Counted from the stretch's first letter, positions 8,805 through 20,439 are shown. The stretch is DNA of 64,000 bases from an uncultured virus (IMG/VR IMGVR_UViG_3300044613_002297) (IMGVR_UViG_3300044613_002297), one strand, 5' to 3'. Notes: generated by a model not told the origin, from the sequence alone. Program-made: numbers and translations.

Positions 8805-9140
8805 ATGGCAGAGTTTTCCCTGCTACCAGGGCAGCTTGCCCTGAAAACACGCCAAGGCGACGAGTTTTCGGCGACCGTCACGCTCTCGCAGGGCACGGCG
8901 GCGTTCAGCCTGACCGGATACACGGTCACGGCGGGCATCACGTCGCTCGTGGACGGCACGAGCGTTGACGACTTCACCTGCTCGGTCGTCTCGGCGACGG
9001 CTGGCACCGTCTCGATCTCGCTACAGGAGAACGAGACCTCGGCGCTTGCGTCGGGTTCCTATGCTTGGTCACTGCGGTGGATCGCGCCGGGCGCGGTCAC
9101 TCGCACCGCACTATCGGGCGTGCTGGAGGTGACGCGGTGA
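8805..9140 (+). CDS. Virion structural protein (BppU-like beta domain)
   Basis: RQGD.F...LTGYTV...GTVSISL...T.AL.SG.Y.W pattern. Confidence 0.6.
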   Translation: MAEFSLLPGQLALKTRQGDEFSATVTLSQGTAAFSLTGYTVTAGITSLVDGTSVDDFTCSVVSATAGTVSISLQENETSALASGSYAWSLRWIAPGAVTRTALSGVLEVTR

Positions 9141-9421
9141 GCATCACGGCGAGCGTCTCGGGATCACCGATCACGGCGAGCGTGACCGAAAGCGGCGCGA
9201 GCGTCGCGGTGTCGCCCGTGGCGATCTCGGCGACCGTGCTCGCGGGCATCGGTCCGCAGGGACCGGCGGGCGCGACCGGCGAAGGCGGCGGTGCGACAAG
9301 CCTCGCGACGCTGTCCGATGTGCAGATCACATCCGCCGCCGATGGCGACGTGCTTCGATACAACGGCTCGAAGTGGGCCGACTACGCCGAGATTCAACTC
9401 ACCGATGGAGGAAATTTCTGA
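9137..9421 (+). CDS. Small tail-fibre-associated protein
   Basis: GPQGPAG collagen-like triplets; L.DV.IT...DGDVLRYNG; DGGNF C-terminus. Confidence 0.7.
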   Translation: MSITASVSGSPITASVTESGASVAVSPVAISATVLAGIGPQGPAGATGEGGGATSLATLSDVQITSAADGDVLRYNGSKWADYAEIQLTDGGNF

Positions 9422-10497
9422 TGCCCAACACAATCCGCATCAAGCGTCGCGCATCGTCCGGTGGTGCCGGAGCGCCGTCGTCGCTCGCGAACGCCGAGCT
9501 CGCGTTCAATGAAAACTCGAACATCCTCTACTACGGCACGGGCACCGGCGGTGCTGGCGGCTCGGCCACGAGCGTCATCGCGATCGGTGGGTCGGGTGCG
9601 TTCGTCTCGATCACCGAGGTCCGCGCTGCGAACACGGTCCTCGCTGGACCGACGAGCGGTGCCGCCGCTGCGCCGACGTTCCGGGCGCTGACTGCCGACG
9701 ACATCCCGTCACTGTCGGGCGTCTACATCCCGATGTCGGGCTCGGCTACGCCGACCGGGACGTACACGTTCTCGGGCACCGTCAACGTCACGGGCACGTT
9801 CCAGGTCGGTTCGACGACCGTCACGTCGAGCGCCGCCGAATTGAACCTCGTAGACGGCTCGATCGCGAACACGGTGGTGAACTCGAAGGCAGTGATCTAC
9901 GGATCGGCCGGGCAGATCGCAGCGACGACGCTCACGACCAGCGGCAACGCGACGGTTGGCGGTGATCTCACGGTGACCGGCAACCTCACGGTCAACGGCA
10001 CGGTCACGACCGTGAACAGCACTACCGTCACGGTGGACGACAAGAACATCGAGCTCGGGTCGGTCTACAACCCGACGGACACGACCGCCGATGCCGGTGG
10101 CATCACACTTCGCGGAACGACTGACAAGACGATCCTCTGGCTCAACGCGACCGACTCGTGGACCTACAACCAGAACATCGAACTCACCTCGGGCTACGCC
10201 TACCGCATCGACGCCGTGTCAGTGCTGAGCAAGACGACTCTGGGTTCCACGGTCGTGTCGTCTTCGCTCACGAGCGTCGGCACGATCGCCACCGGTGTCT
10301 GGCAGGGCACTGCGATCGGCGTCGCCTACGGCGGAACCGGGCTCACGTCCGCACCGCAGGGCTCGGTGCTCGTGGCGAACACGGCGAACACGTACACCGC
10401 GCTTGACGGCGGCGGTACGAACGATGGACTCCTCGCCTACACGGCATCAAGCGACACGATCGCCTGGGCGACGAGCATCGACGGGGGCACCTTCTGA
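9421..10497 (+). CDS. Tail fibre protein
   Basis: IRIKRR...P.SL.NAELA N-terminal domain, GDLTVTGNLTVNG repeats, DGGTF end. Confidence 0.8.
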   Translation: MPNTIRIKRRASSGGAGAPSSLANAELAFNENSNILYYGTGTGGAGGSATSVIAIGGSGAFVSITEVRAANTVLAGPTSGAAAAPTFRALTADDIPSLSGVYIPMSGSATPTGTYTFSGTVNVTGTFQVGSTTVTSSAAELNLVDGSIANTVVNSKAVIYGSAGQIAATTLTTSGNATVGGDLTVTGNLTVNGTVTTVNSTTVTVDDKNIELGSVYNPTDTTADAGGITLRGTTDKTILWLNATDSWTYNQNIELTSGYAYRIDAVSVLSKTTLGSTVVSSSLTSVGTIATGVWQGTAIGVAYGGTGLTSAPQGSVLVANTANTYTALDGGGTNDGLLAYTASSDTIAWATSIDGGTF

Positions 10498-10499
10498 CG

Positions 10500-11672
10500 A
10501 TGCCCACAACAGTCAAGATTCGCCGCAGCGGCACCGCGTCGGCAACGCCGTCGGCGCTTGAGCACGGCGAGATCGCGATCAACTACGCCGATGGGAAGGT
10601 GTTCTGGAAGAACGCCTCGAACGTGATCACGTCGTTCACGTTCCAGAGTTATGCGCTCGCCAGCCATACGCACTCGATCTCGGATGTGACGGGGCTGCAA
10701 ACCGCCCTCGACGGCAAGGCGTCGAGCAGCCACACGCATTCGATCTCGGATGTGACCGGCTTACAGACGGCGCTCGATGGCAAGGCGGCTTCCAGCCACA
10801 CCCATTCGATTTCCGATGTGACCGGGCTTCAGACGGCGCTCGATGGCAAGGCGTCGTCGTCGCACACCCACGCCGCGTCGGACATCACGAGCGGCACGCT
10901 GGACATCGCCCGCATCGCCAACGACGCCGTCACCTACGCCAAGATTCAAAACGTCAGCGCCACCGACCGCCTGCTCGGTCGCTCGTCTGCGGGTGCAGGC
11001 GACGTGGAGGAGATCACCTGCACGTCGTTCGGTCGCAGTCTGATCGACGACGCAGACGCCGCGACGGCGCGCACCACGCTCTCGGTGCAGCCGACGGCGA
11101 GTCCTACCTTTACTGGCACCGCAACTCTGGCCGCAGGAGCGATCGTCACCAGCACGGCGGCAAACTCTGGCCTATCGGTTGGCGGCAGCAGTAAGCAGGT
11201 ACGGTTGAGTTTCGCGCCCAGCGAAGGTACAGCGCCAACGTCTGCCGTGACAGGGACGGCGTATATCGTCTCTGCTGACTTCGGCAGCGGCTACACGGCA
11301 ATGCGATTTGAGGCTACGGAGTTCGTCTTCGCTCACGGCATCTTTGCGTCTGAGGTTTCGACGACGTTCAAGAACAACGGCGACATCGTCATGTCGCGTG
11401 GGCAAGTCCTCGTCACCGCAGGCAGCGTGTCAGCGTGCAGCGTTGCACCGAGCGGCGATCCCAATACGGGGCTGTATTTTCCGCTGGCGAACGTTGCGGC
11501 GGTAGTGACGGATGGAGTTGAGCGGGTGCGGGCCAAGGCGACAGGCTCTGTGCGGTTTGTGCCGCTGACCGCTGACCCTGCGAGCGGCAACGAAGCCGGA
11601 GACGTGTACTACAACTCATCGACCAACAAACTGCGCGTCTACAACGGCACCTCTTGGGTAGACCTGCACTAG
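10500..11672 (+). CDS. Tail fibre protein with HTH-SISDVTGLQTALDGK repeats
   Basis: Fibre N-terminal domain, three 22-aa phage tail repeats, C-terminal GDVYYNS..NKLRVYNGTSW. Confidence 0.82.
   Translation: MPTTVKIRRSGTASATPSALEHGEIAINYADGKVFWKNASNVITSFTFQSYALASHTHSISDVTGLQTALDGKASSSHTHSISDVTGLQTALDGKAASSHTHSISDVTGLQTALDGKASSSHTHAASDITSGTLDIARIANDAVTYAKIQNVSATDRLLGRSSAGAGDVEEITCTSFGRSLIDDADAATARTTLSVQPTASPTFTGTATLAAGAIVTSTAANSGLSVGGSSKQVRLSFAPSEGTAPTSAVTGTAYIVSADFGSGYTAMRFEATEFVFAHGIFASEVSTTFKNNGDIVMSRGQVLVTAGSVSACSVAPSGDPNTGLYFPLANVAAVVTDGVERVRAKATGSVRFVPLTADPASGNEAGDVYYNSSTNKLRVYNGTSWVDLH
10665..10862 (+). repeat. Three 66-bp tandem coding repeats
   Basis: Units encode HTHSISDVTGLQTALDGKA(S/A)SS with synonymous variation; absent from copy 2. 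Confidence 0.9.
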
Positions 11673-11681
11673 GAGTGAACC

Positions 11682-11993
11682 ATGGCTGACATCCCCACGC
11701 TGTTTGCAAGCGAGCCGCTGGCGATTAGTGCCACGTACGATCGCCTGTGGGTCCGCGAGATCGTTGTGTCCAGTGTCGTTGGAGGCGAAGCCGAAGCCCG
11801 CGTCACCCTCGTCCGATTCAGGACGACCGACGACGGCGTGGAGGAAGCGCCCGCAGAGCCGGTCCGGCTGCACGTTCGCGACCTGCTCGCGGGAGCGGAG
11901 GCCGACGCGGACCTCGCGGCGGCGGTGGGGGCGCTCATGGCGTATGTGGCGAAGGTGGGCATCGAGCAGGGCGTCGTCGCGGCGGGCGAGTGA
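11682..11993 (+). CDS. Tail-fibre-associated hypothetical protein
   Basis: AGGAG RBS; homologue at 63147-63461. Confidence 0.7.
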   Translation: MADIPTLFASEPLAISATYDRLWVREIVVSSVVGGEAEARVTLVRFRTTDDGVEEAPAEPVRLHVRDLLAGAEADADLAAAVGALMAYVAKVGIEQGVVAAGE

Positions 11994-12929
11994 ATGGTCG
12001 TCCTATCGTCGATCCTGCGCCGCGACGAACCGCAACGCGAGCGACGCGAGCGGGTGCCGCTGCCCGGCGAGCTCGCCGTCGTCTGCGTGTTCTGGAATCC
12101 GGCTGGCTGGCGATCGCTGCGGAGGAACTACCTGCGCTTTCTCCACGAGATGAAGTGGTGGGGCGTGCCGACGTTCAACGTCGAGCTCGCCTACGAAGGG
12201 CAGGCGTTCACGTGCGACGACGCGTGGCTCAGGGTCCGAGGCGGCGACCGGAACGTCCTGTGGCAGAAAGAGCGACTCATCAACCTCGCGGTCGAACGCC
12301 TGCCGGATCGGTTCGACAAGATCGCATGGATCGACGCCGACATGGTGTTCCTCGACCACCAGTGGCCCGAGCGTCTGTGCCGCACGCTCGAAGAGTGGCC
12401 CGTCGTGCAGTGCTGGAACGAGTGGCACTGCGCCGGGTCTGATGGGCAGATCGAGAGCAAGAAGCTCTGCGTCGGGCATCGCTGTGAAAGGTACTTGAGC
12501 GAGCAGAACTGCTGTCCCGGCGGTGCGTGGGCGGCACGACGCGACATCTGGCCGCTCTACGATCGGCACATCGTAGGCAGCGGCGACTCGATGATGGTCG
12601 AGGGATGGACGAACCACCAAGTGAAACGCTGCCTGCGGATCATGAACGAGCCGATGGCGAGGCACTTCCGCGAGTGGTCGGAGGTGGCGTACGTGAAGGT
12701 CCGAGGCGAGATCGCTTGCCTGCCCGGTGACGCGATGCACCTGCACCACGGGAGCCTCGCCGATCGGCAGTACCACTCCCGGTGGTATCCCGTCGTGAAC
12801 GGCGGATATGACCCGGCGACGCACGTCGAGGTGGACGAGAACGGGCTGCTCCGCTGGACGGACTCGGCACCGCCGCAACTCGTCGAGTGGGTGCGGGGCT
12901 ACTTCGCGAGCCGGAACGAGGACGGCTGA
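11994..12929 (+). CDS. Glycosyltransferase-like protein
   Basis: LWQKERLIN, AWIDAD (DxD), G.AWAARR, GSGD and HLHHG motifs. Confidence 0.72.
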   Translation: MVVLSSILRRDEPQRERRERVPLPGELAVVCVFWNPAGWRSLRRNYLRFLHEMKWWGVPTFNVELAYEGQAFTCDDAWLRVRGGDRNVLWQKERLINLAVERLPDRFDKIAWIDADMVFLDHQWPERLCRTLEEWPVVQCWNEWHCAGSDGQIESKKLCVGHRCERYLSEQNCCPGGAWAARRDIWPLYDRHIVGSGDSMMVEGWTNHQVKRCLRIMNEPMARHFREWSEVAYVKVRGEIACLPGDAMHLHHGSLADRQYHSRWYPVVNGGYDPATHVEVDENGLLRWTDSAPPQLVEWVRGYFASRNEDG

Positions 12930-12930
12930 G

Positions 12931-12950
12931 TTGACACGTGCCGCACCATG
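12931..12950 (+). promoter_or_regulatory. TTGACA-N7-CACCATG motif (candidate phage promoter)
   Basis: Recurs at 22307-22326 and 33656-33675, always just after a stop codon and before a gene start. Confidence 0.5.
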
Positions 12951-12955
12951 CGGGC

Positions 12956-13866
12956 ATGGAACTCTCAACCAAGCGAATCCTCGTCACGGGCGGTGCCGGG
13001 TTTCTCGGCAAGGCAGTCTGCCGCGTGCTGCACAGTCGCGGATGCCGCCACGTGATCGTGCCTCGCAGGGTCGCTTGCGACCTGACCAGCGAGGAGGACA
13101 CGATCGACCTGTTTGACGATCACAGGCCAGAGGTCGTCTTGCACCTCGCGGCCGAAGTCGGCGGCATCGGGGCGAACATGGCGACGCCAGGAAGGTTTAC
13201 CTACGCGAACCTCGCGATGGGCTTGCACGTCATCGAGCAGTGCCGACGGTTCGAGGTCGAGAAGGTCGTCGTCGTCGGGACGGTGTGCAGTTATCCACTA
13301 GACCCGCCCGTGCCGTTCGTCGAGTCGGATCTGTGGAATGGCTACCCCGAAACGACGAACGCCGGGTACGGCGTGGCGAAGCGAGCTGTGTACGAACTGC
13401 TCAAGCAGTACCACAAGCAGTATTCCCTACCGGGTGCCGTTGTGATTCCGACGAACCTGTACGGGCCGCACGACAACTTCGACCCGGCATCGTCGCACGT
13501 CATACCTGCGATGATCCGCCGATTCTGCCGCACCGACCCGGTCACGCTCTGGGGGACGGGATGTGCGTCGCGAGAGTTCCTCCACGTGGACGACGCTGCC
13601 GAGGGCATCGTGCGAGCAGCGGAGACGGTGACGACGCCCGATCCGATCAACCTGGGCGGCGGCGGCGAAGTGCAGATGAGGAAGTTGGCCGAGATGATCG
13701 CGGGTGAGTGCGGCTACATGGGCACGATCCGCTGGGACTCCTCGAAGCCCGACGGTCAGCCACGCCGTGCGGTCGATGCCACGCGAGCCCGCGAGATTCT
13801 CGGGTGGACGCCGAGGGTCAGCCTGGAGAACGGCATCGCCGAGACGGTCTCGTGGTGGAGGGATCA

Positions 13867-13882
<16 letters not shown>
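12956..13882 (+). CDS. fcl: GDP-L-fucose synthase
   Basis: [40 protein letters not shown] and KPDGQPRR motifs. Confidence 0.95.
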
Positions 13883-14835
<953 letters not shown>

Positions 14836-14839
14836 GGCT

Positions 14840-15187
14840 ATGCCGCAGCGCATCGAGTTCATCCGGGCGGCCCGGCCGAACTACCGGATCAAGCGGAAAG
14901 AGAATCGCCCCAACGGATACCAGCGGGGCTACTCGGACAGGCGTCACTCAGCGTGGCGACGTGCTGTTCTCTTGCGTGACAACTGGACGTGCCGTGCGTG
15001 CGGTCACGTCTGCGGCGAGAAGGGCAACGCCCACGCTGACCATGTGTCGCCGGTCGTGCCGGGCACGAAGGTCTGTGTCGATGGCCGCTCGCGGTATGAC
15101 GTGGATGTCGGGCAGTGCTTGTGTCACTCGTGTCACAGCAGGAAGACAGCGAACGAGACGGCGGCGCGTGCGAAAGGCACCCCATAG
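14840..15187 (+). CDS. Terminase-associated HNH endonuclease
   Basis: RGY...W...VLLRD..C..C...DH...LCHSCHSRKT, directly upstream of terS. Confidence 0.9.
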   Translation: MPQRIEFIRAARPNYRIKRKENRPNGYQRGYSDRRHSAWRRAVLLRDNWTCRACGHVCGEKGNAHADHVSPVVPGTKVCVDGRSRYDVDVGQCLCHSCHSRKTANETAARAKGTP

Positions 15188-15282
15188 CCCCCTGCCAAGG
15201 TGGCATGGCGATGACGAAAGCCATCCGTTGCCGCCACGTGCGCGAATTGCGGAATAGGAACGGCGTTTTTGCCGCGTGAAAC

Positions 15283-15747
15283 ATGGCGACCCGTGGCCGC
15301 AAGCCCAAGCCGACCGCGCTGAAGATCGCCGACGGCACCGCGCGTGGTTCGCTCCGCGAACCGTCGGCTCCGCTCGGCGTGCCGCCGATGCCCGAGCGAC
15401 TCGCGGCCGAACCGGTCGCCGTTGCCAAGTGGAACGAGCTCGCGTCACTGCTCTCGGGCATGGGAGTGCTGACGCTCGGCGACGGCGAGGCGCTCGCGAC
15501 GCTGTGCGAGGTTCACGCTGCGGCGCAGTCTTGCCTGCTCGAACTCCGAGCGAGTGGATCGGTGATTCACACTGACCTCGGCGGCGTGAAGCCGAACCCG
15601 GCGGGTTCGCTCTATCGCGGGCTCGTCTCGCTCCAGGCGTCGCTGATGACCGAGTTCGGGCTCACTCCGAGTAGCAGGGTGCGACTTGGTCAAAAGAACG
15701 AAGCGCCAAAGGACGACCTCGCGGAACTCCTCAAGTCGCACGGCTGA
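15283..15747 (+). CDS. terS: Terminase small subunit (P27 family)
   Basis: RGRKPKPT N-terminus; NPA...EFGLTPSSR. Confidence 0.92.
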   Translation: MATRGRKPKPTALKIADGTARGSLREPSAPLGVPPMPERLAAEPVAVAKWNELASLLSGMGVLTLGDGEALATLCEVHAAAQSCLLELRASGSVIHTDLGGVKPNPAGSLYRGLVSLQASLMTEFGLTPSSRVRLGQKNEAPKDDLAELLKSHG

Positions 15748-17308
15748 TCTGATCCCGCCGATCGACCCGAGGAAAGAGACGCTCGTGCGTCGGTTTTTCG
15801 AGGAGATCCTTCGGCACAGCAAGGGACAGAAGGCGGGCCAGCCGTTCCTGCTCTTGGAGTGGCAGCGGAAGATGCTCTCCGACGTGTTCGGCAGAGTGAA
15901 GCCAGACGGTACGCGACAGTTCAGGACGGCATACATCGAGCTGCCGAAAAAACAGGGCAAATCCACGACCCTCGCGGGCGTCGCCCTCTACGGTCTCGTC
16001 TGCGACAACGAGCCGGGTGCCGAGATCTACGGCGCTGCCAGTGACCGCGAACAGGCGGGCATCATCTACCGCGAAGCGGCGTCGATGGTGCGTGCGTCGC
16101 CGTCGCTGTCGAAGCGGCTCGAAGTGATCGACTCGCGGAAGACGATCGTCGATCGCCAGACGAACTCGTTCTACCGGGTGCTCTCGGCGGATGCGTTCCG
16201 GGCCGAAGGGCTCAACATCCACATGCTCCTCTTCGACGAGCTCCACGCCCAGCGGGACCGTCGGCTCTGGGATGCGTTGCGATACGGCGGTGCTGCCCGT
16301 CGTCAGCCTCTCATCCTGTCGATCACCACGGCTGGCTATGACCGTCGCAGCATCTGCTGGGAGCAGCACTCCTACGCTGAGAAGTGCATCGCAGACCCGG
16401 CGTACGATCCGACGTTCTACGGGTGCATCTACGCGGCACCGCCCGACTGTGCGACCGACGGCTCGTGGAAAGACCCGAAGGTCTGGCGGAAGGCGAACCC
16501 GTCGCTCGGCGAGACGATCACCGAGGAGTCGTTCGCGGCCGACGCCCGCGAGGCCGAGCAGTCGCCGACGAAGCTCAACTCGTTCCTCCGCTACCGGCTC
16601 AATGTCTGGACAACGCAGGACACGCGGTGGATCGCTCCGGCGGCGTGGGCTCGCTGTGCGAACCCGCTGCGGGACTTTGACGAACGTCCCGTCTACGCCG
16701 GGCTCGATCTCGCGAGCACGTACGACCTCTCGGCCCTGGTGCTCGTCTGCCCAGATCCCGAGGACAACACGATCGACGTGCTGCCGTTCTTCTGGATTCC
16801 AGAAGCCAACGCCGTAGAGCGGGCTCAGCGTGACAAGGTGGACTACCTCGGGTGGATTCGGGACGGGCAGATCCGGGTGACCGACGGCAACGTCACCGAC
16901 TACACCCGGCTCCACGCTGACATCAAGGCGATCTGCGACCGCTACCGCGTGCGTCAGTTGGCGGTCGATATGAAGTTCAACGCTCAGATGTTGGCAAACT
17001 TACTGCAAGGGGACGGGCTGGACGTGCGAGGATATCCCCAAGGCGGGCCCGGAATGTCGGCTCCCGCCAAGACGCTGGAGAACCTCGTGCTCAACGGCAT
17101 GGTGCGGCACGGCGGGCATCCGGTGCTCACGTGGTGTGCAGGCAACGTCGCTGTTCACGAGGACCGGCACGGCAACATCTACCCGAGCAAGACCGCCAGC
17201 ACGGAGCGTATCGACGGCATCGTCGCCCTCTGCCAGGGCATCGGCTCGTGGATGCGATCCGAGCAGGAGCAAAAGCCCTCGGGCAACCCTGAGATCTTTT
17301 TCGTCTGA
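15686..17308 (+). CDS. terL: Terminase large subunit (start uncertain)
   Basis: PKKQGKST Walker A, FDELH Walker B, GLDLAS and RIDGIVA nuclease motifs. Confidence 0.96.
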   Translation: MVKRTKRQRTTSRNSSSRTADLIPPIDPRKETLVRRFFEEILRHSKGQKAGQPFLLLEWQRKMLSDVFGRVKPDGTRQFRTAYIELPKKQGKSTTLAGVALYGLVCDNEPGAEIYGAASDREQAGIIYREAASMVRASPSLSKRLEVIDSRKTIVDRQTNSFYRVLSADAFRAEGLNIHMLLFDELHAQRDRRLWDALRYGGAARRQPLILSITTAGYDRRSICWEQHSYAEKCIADPAYDPTFYGCIYAAPPDCATDGSWKDPKVWRKANPSLGETITEESFAADAREAEQSPTKLNSFLRYRLNVWTTQDTRWIAPAAWARCANPLRDFDERPVYAGLDLASTYDLSALVLVCPDPEDNTIDVLPFFWIPEANAVERAQRDKVDYLGWIRDGQIRVTDGNVTDYTRLHADIKAICDRYRVRQLAVDMKFNAQMLANLLQGDGLDVRGYPQGGPGMSAPAKTLENLVLNGMVRHGGHPVLTWCAGNVAVHEDRHGNIYPSKTASTERIDGIVALCQGIGSWMRSEQEQKPSGNPEIFFV

Positions 17309-19173
17309 TGATCGCACAGCATCGAATTCTCTGGCTGCCCGGTGAGGAGCGGATGTGGGACGAGGAGTACTCGTCCCGCTCGGCCGCCGGAATCCGCATC
17401 GACGCGAGCAACGCCCTGCAAGTGTCGGCGGTGTTCGCGTGCCTGCGAATCCTGTCGGAGACCGTCGCGAGCCTGCCGCTCCACGTGCTCGAACGGATGA
17501 CTCGCGGGACTCGCCGTGCCGTCGAGTTGCCACTGTACCGCCGCCTTCACCAGCAGCCGAACGAATGGCAGACGAGCTTCGAGTGGCGCGAGCAGGCGGT
17601 TTTCCACGTTGGGCTCTGGGGCGACGCTTTCAGCGAGATCCGCTCGGGAGCGTCCGGTGCGGTCGATCAACTCATTCCACTGCACCCGTCTCGCATGACG
17701 GTGGAGCGGATCGAGAACGGGCGGCTCCGCTACAAGTACCGCGAGGAGAACGGCCGCGAGACGGTGTACTCGCAGGACGCGATCCTGCACATGCGTGGGC
17801 CGAGCGACGACGGCGTTCATGGCATGAGCGTCGTCGAGAGTTGCAAGGACGCGATCGCGCTGGCTCGGGCGTGCGAGCTCCACGGTGCCCGATTCTTCGG
17901 CAACGGAGCGAGGCCGGGCTTTGTGCTCAGCACGGATGGCGAGCTCAACGCCGAGGCCCGCGAGTCGCTGCGTGCCAACTGGGAGCGGATGCACGGCGGC
18001 GTGAACAACAGCAACCGCACGGCGGTGCTCGTCGGCGGGCTCAAGCCGATCGAGATCCCGCAAGCATCGATGCACGATTCGCAGTTCATCGAGGCTCGGA
18101 AGTGGCAGTTGGCCGAGATCGCCCGGTTGTTTCGCGTGCCTCTCCACCTGCTCGGTGCCGAGACGAGTCCCGGCTCGGTGGAGCACGCCGGTCTCGACTA
18201 CGTGCAGCACACGATCCTCCCGTGGCTGCGTCGCTTCGAGTCGGCGTTTCAGCGCGACCTCATCAGCGACGACGACCGCTACTTCGTCGAGTTCGACGTT
18301 CGCGGGCTCATGCGTGGCGACGCCGCGAGCCGCTCGGCGTACTACCGGGCGATGTGGGACATCGGAGCGCTCTCGACGAACGACATCCTCGAACTAGAGA
18401 ACCGCAACCCGGTCGATGGTGGCGACGAGCGGTATCGCCCGCTGAACATGGGCACGCTCGGTGCCCCGCCTTCGGTCGATGACGTGCTCGCCCAGCAGCA
18501 AGAAGGCAGCGGCATCGACGGTCAGGCGGTCGAGGGCGGCGTGGCCGCTGCCGAAGGCGAACCCACTCCAGTCGTGGAAGAGGTGGTCGTCGAGGACGCC
18601 ACGCCCCAGGTCGCCGAGGTATCGCTCAACGGTGCCCAGATCACCGGGCTCATCGCGATCGTGCAGGCGATCTCCGATGGTCTCGTCACCCGCGAGGGCG
18701 CTGCGGCAATGATCGCTGCGTCATTCCCGAGCATCCCGCCCGCACAGATCGACGCGATCCTCGCAGGGGTGGTCGAGCGTCAGCCTGCGCCAGCAGCGGA
18801 TGCGCAGCCGCAGCCGGTGCCGGTCGTCGAAGACGCCCCCGCGAGGTCGCTCGAAGAGCGTGCCGAGCCCGGCACGGTCGCCGAGGGAGACTACGTCTCG
18901 TGGGGCTCGTCTGGCGGGCGAGCTCGCGGGCGCATCGACCACGTGATGGACTACGGGCGGCTCGACGTGCCGGGCACCGACTTCACGATTGAGGCGAGCG
19001 AGGAAGACCCGGCGGCGCTCATCACGGTGTACGAAGAGGTCAGCGGCGGCTGGCGGCCGACCGAGACACAGGTCGGGCACAAGGTGAGCACGCTCACGAA
19101 GATCGACCCGCTGCCCGAGCCGCCGCCTGCGGAGGAGCCACGGGCGAAGCCACGGAGGCGACGACGTGGCTAG
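17308..19173 (+). CDS. HK97-family portal protein with long C-terminal extension
   Basis: SAVFACLRILSETVASLP, FFGNGARPG and IARLFRVP motifs, followed by about 230 extra residues. Confidence 0.93.
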   Translation: MIAQHRILWLPGEERMWDEEYSSRSAAGIRIDASNALQVSAVFACLRILSETVASLPLHVLERMTRGTRRAVELPLYRRLHQQPNEWQTSFEWREQAVFHVGLWGDAFSEIRSGASGAVDQLIPLHPSRMTVERIENGRLRYKYREENGRETVYSQDAILHMRGPSDDGVHGMSVVESCKDAIALARACELHGARFFGNGARPGFVLSTDGELNAEARESLRANWERMHGGVNNSNRTAVLVGGLKPIEIPQASMHDSQFIEARKWQLAEIARLFRVPLHLLGAETSPGSVEHAGLDYVQHTILPWLRRFESAFQRDLISDDDRYFVEFDVRGLMRGDAASRSAYYRAMWDIGALSTNDILELENRNPVDGGDERYRPLNMGTLGAPPSVDDVLAQQQEGSGIDGQAVEGGVAAAEGEPTPVVEEVVVEDATPQVAEVSLNGAQITGLIAIVQAISDGLVTREGAAAMIAASFPSIPPAQIDAILAGVVERQPAPAADAQPQPVPVVEDAPARSLEERAEPGTVAEGDYVSWGSSGGRARGRIDHVMDYGRLDVPGTDFTIEASEEDPAALITVYEEVSGGWRPTETQVGHKVSTLTKIDPLPEPPPAEEPRAKPRRRRRG

Positions 19174-20182
19174 GTACGACCACATCGACTTCTCGCCGCC
19201 GTCGGGCGTGCGGGAGGAGGCGGCCCGAGGGCTGGCATGGCGCGGCGAGTACGGCCGAGGCGGCACGGCAGTCGGCGTTGCCCGAGCACGCGACCTATCG
19301 AACGGCACGAACATCTCACCGGACACTGCGAAGCGGATGGCGAGCTATTTCGCCCGGCACGAGGTGGACAAGCAGGGCGAGGGATGGAGTCCGGGGCAGG
19401 ACGGATTCCCGAGCGCGGGCCGGATCGCATGGGCTCTCTGGGGCGGCGATCCGGGGCAGGCATGGGCGAGCAAGTTGACGCGGCAGATCGAGGCAGCGGA
19501 CGAGAACGACAGGAGCCACACGATGAACATCGAGCGACGCAGTCTGGCGATTGACGAAGTCGAGTCGGCGGTGCCGCTGCTCGCGGTCGAGAGCCGCAGC
19601 GAGGACGACGGCAGCGAGCGCGAGTACATCGTCGGCTACGCGGCGAAGTTCGGTGTGCTCTCGCTGGAGCTCGAAGGCTCGTTCATCGAGCGGATCGACC
19701 CAGGTGCGTTCGGCATCGTCGCCGAGCGTCGCGGGCGTCGGAAGCCGCTGGAGACTCGCGCCCTCTGGAATCACGACGCGAACTACCCGCTCGCGAGGTA
19801 TCCCGGCACGTTGTCGATGAGCGTGGACGAGATCGGGCTGCGATATGAGTTCCCGGTGCCTGACACTTCCTACGGCCGGGACATCGCGAGCAATATCCGT
19901 GCGTCCATTGTCAAGGGAAGTTCTTTTAGTTTCACAGTCCCAAGCGGCGGTGACGCCTGGAGCGTCGAGGACGGCCGTAGCGTCAGGACGATCCAGCGGA
20001 TCGACTCGCTGCTCGATGTCGGGCCGGTCACGTTCCCGGCATACCCCGACGCAGACGTGAAAGTTGCCCAGCGGTCCTACGATGCGTTCCGCCGTCAGCG
20101 TGACGCCGAGGCTCATCGTCGCATGGCTGCGGCGGCCCGTGCCCGAGAACTCCGCGAGTACCTGACGCAGCATGGCCGCTAG
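19166..20182 (+). CDS. HK97-family prohead protease with N-terminal extra domain
   Basis: GYAAKF, ERIDPGAF, ALWNHD, SFSF and VTFPAYPD motifs. Confidence 0.93.
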   Translation: MARYDHIDFSPPSGVREEAARGLAWRGEYGRGGTAVGVARARDLSNGTNISPDTAKRMASYFARHEVDKQGEGWSPGQDGFPSAGRIAWALWGGDPGQAWASKLTRQIEAADENDRSHTMNIERRSLAIDEVESAVPLLAVESRSEDDGSEREYIVGYAAKFGVLSLELEGSFIERIDPGAFGIVAERRGRRKPLETRALWNHDANYPLARYPGTLSMSVDEIGLRYEFPVPDTSYGRDIASNIRASIVKGSSFSFTVPSGGDAWSVEDGRSVRTIQRIDSLLDVGPVTFPAYPDADVKVAQRSYDAFRRQRDAEAHRRMAAAARARELREYLTQHGR

Positions 20183-20357
20183 TGGCGACTCGTGCCCGAA
20201 GTGCCGGGCCGGTGTGTACGTGATCGCGTCGAGTCAGCGGTCTGGCGACTACCAGACGCGGTATCTGCGCTGTCCGAGGTGCGGTGCGACCGACAAGCAG
20301 ACGCTCCTGGCTGTCGAGGTCAGGCGGCGAAAGTTGTTTACTAACGCCCCGTCGTGA
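20172..20357 (+). CDS. Ogr/Delta-like zinc-finger protein
   Basis: CPKC...RYLRCPRCG. Confidence 0.6.
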   Translation: MAASGDSCPKCRAGVYVIASSQRSGDYQTRYLRCPRCGATDKQTLLAVEVRRRKLFTNAPS

Positions 20358-20439
20358 CTGGATGGGTGCCGGTCTGGCTCCGTAGGTTCGTGGATAGGTG
20401 GCGTGAGCGCCGCCGCATCCCGACCAAGGAGTCACGCTC

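Noticed and set aside
10500..11672. Diversity-generating retroelement target
   Set aside because: No reverse transcriptase is present, and allele differences are block swaps rather than adenine-specific changes.
15188..15282. cos site
   Set aside because: The position between HNH and terS is plausible, but no specific sequence can be assigned without read-end data.
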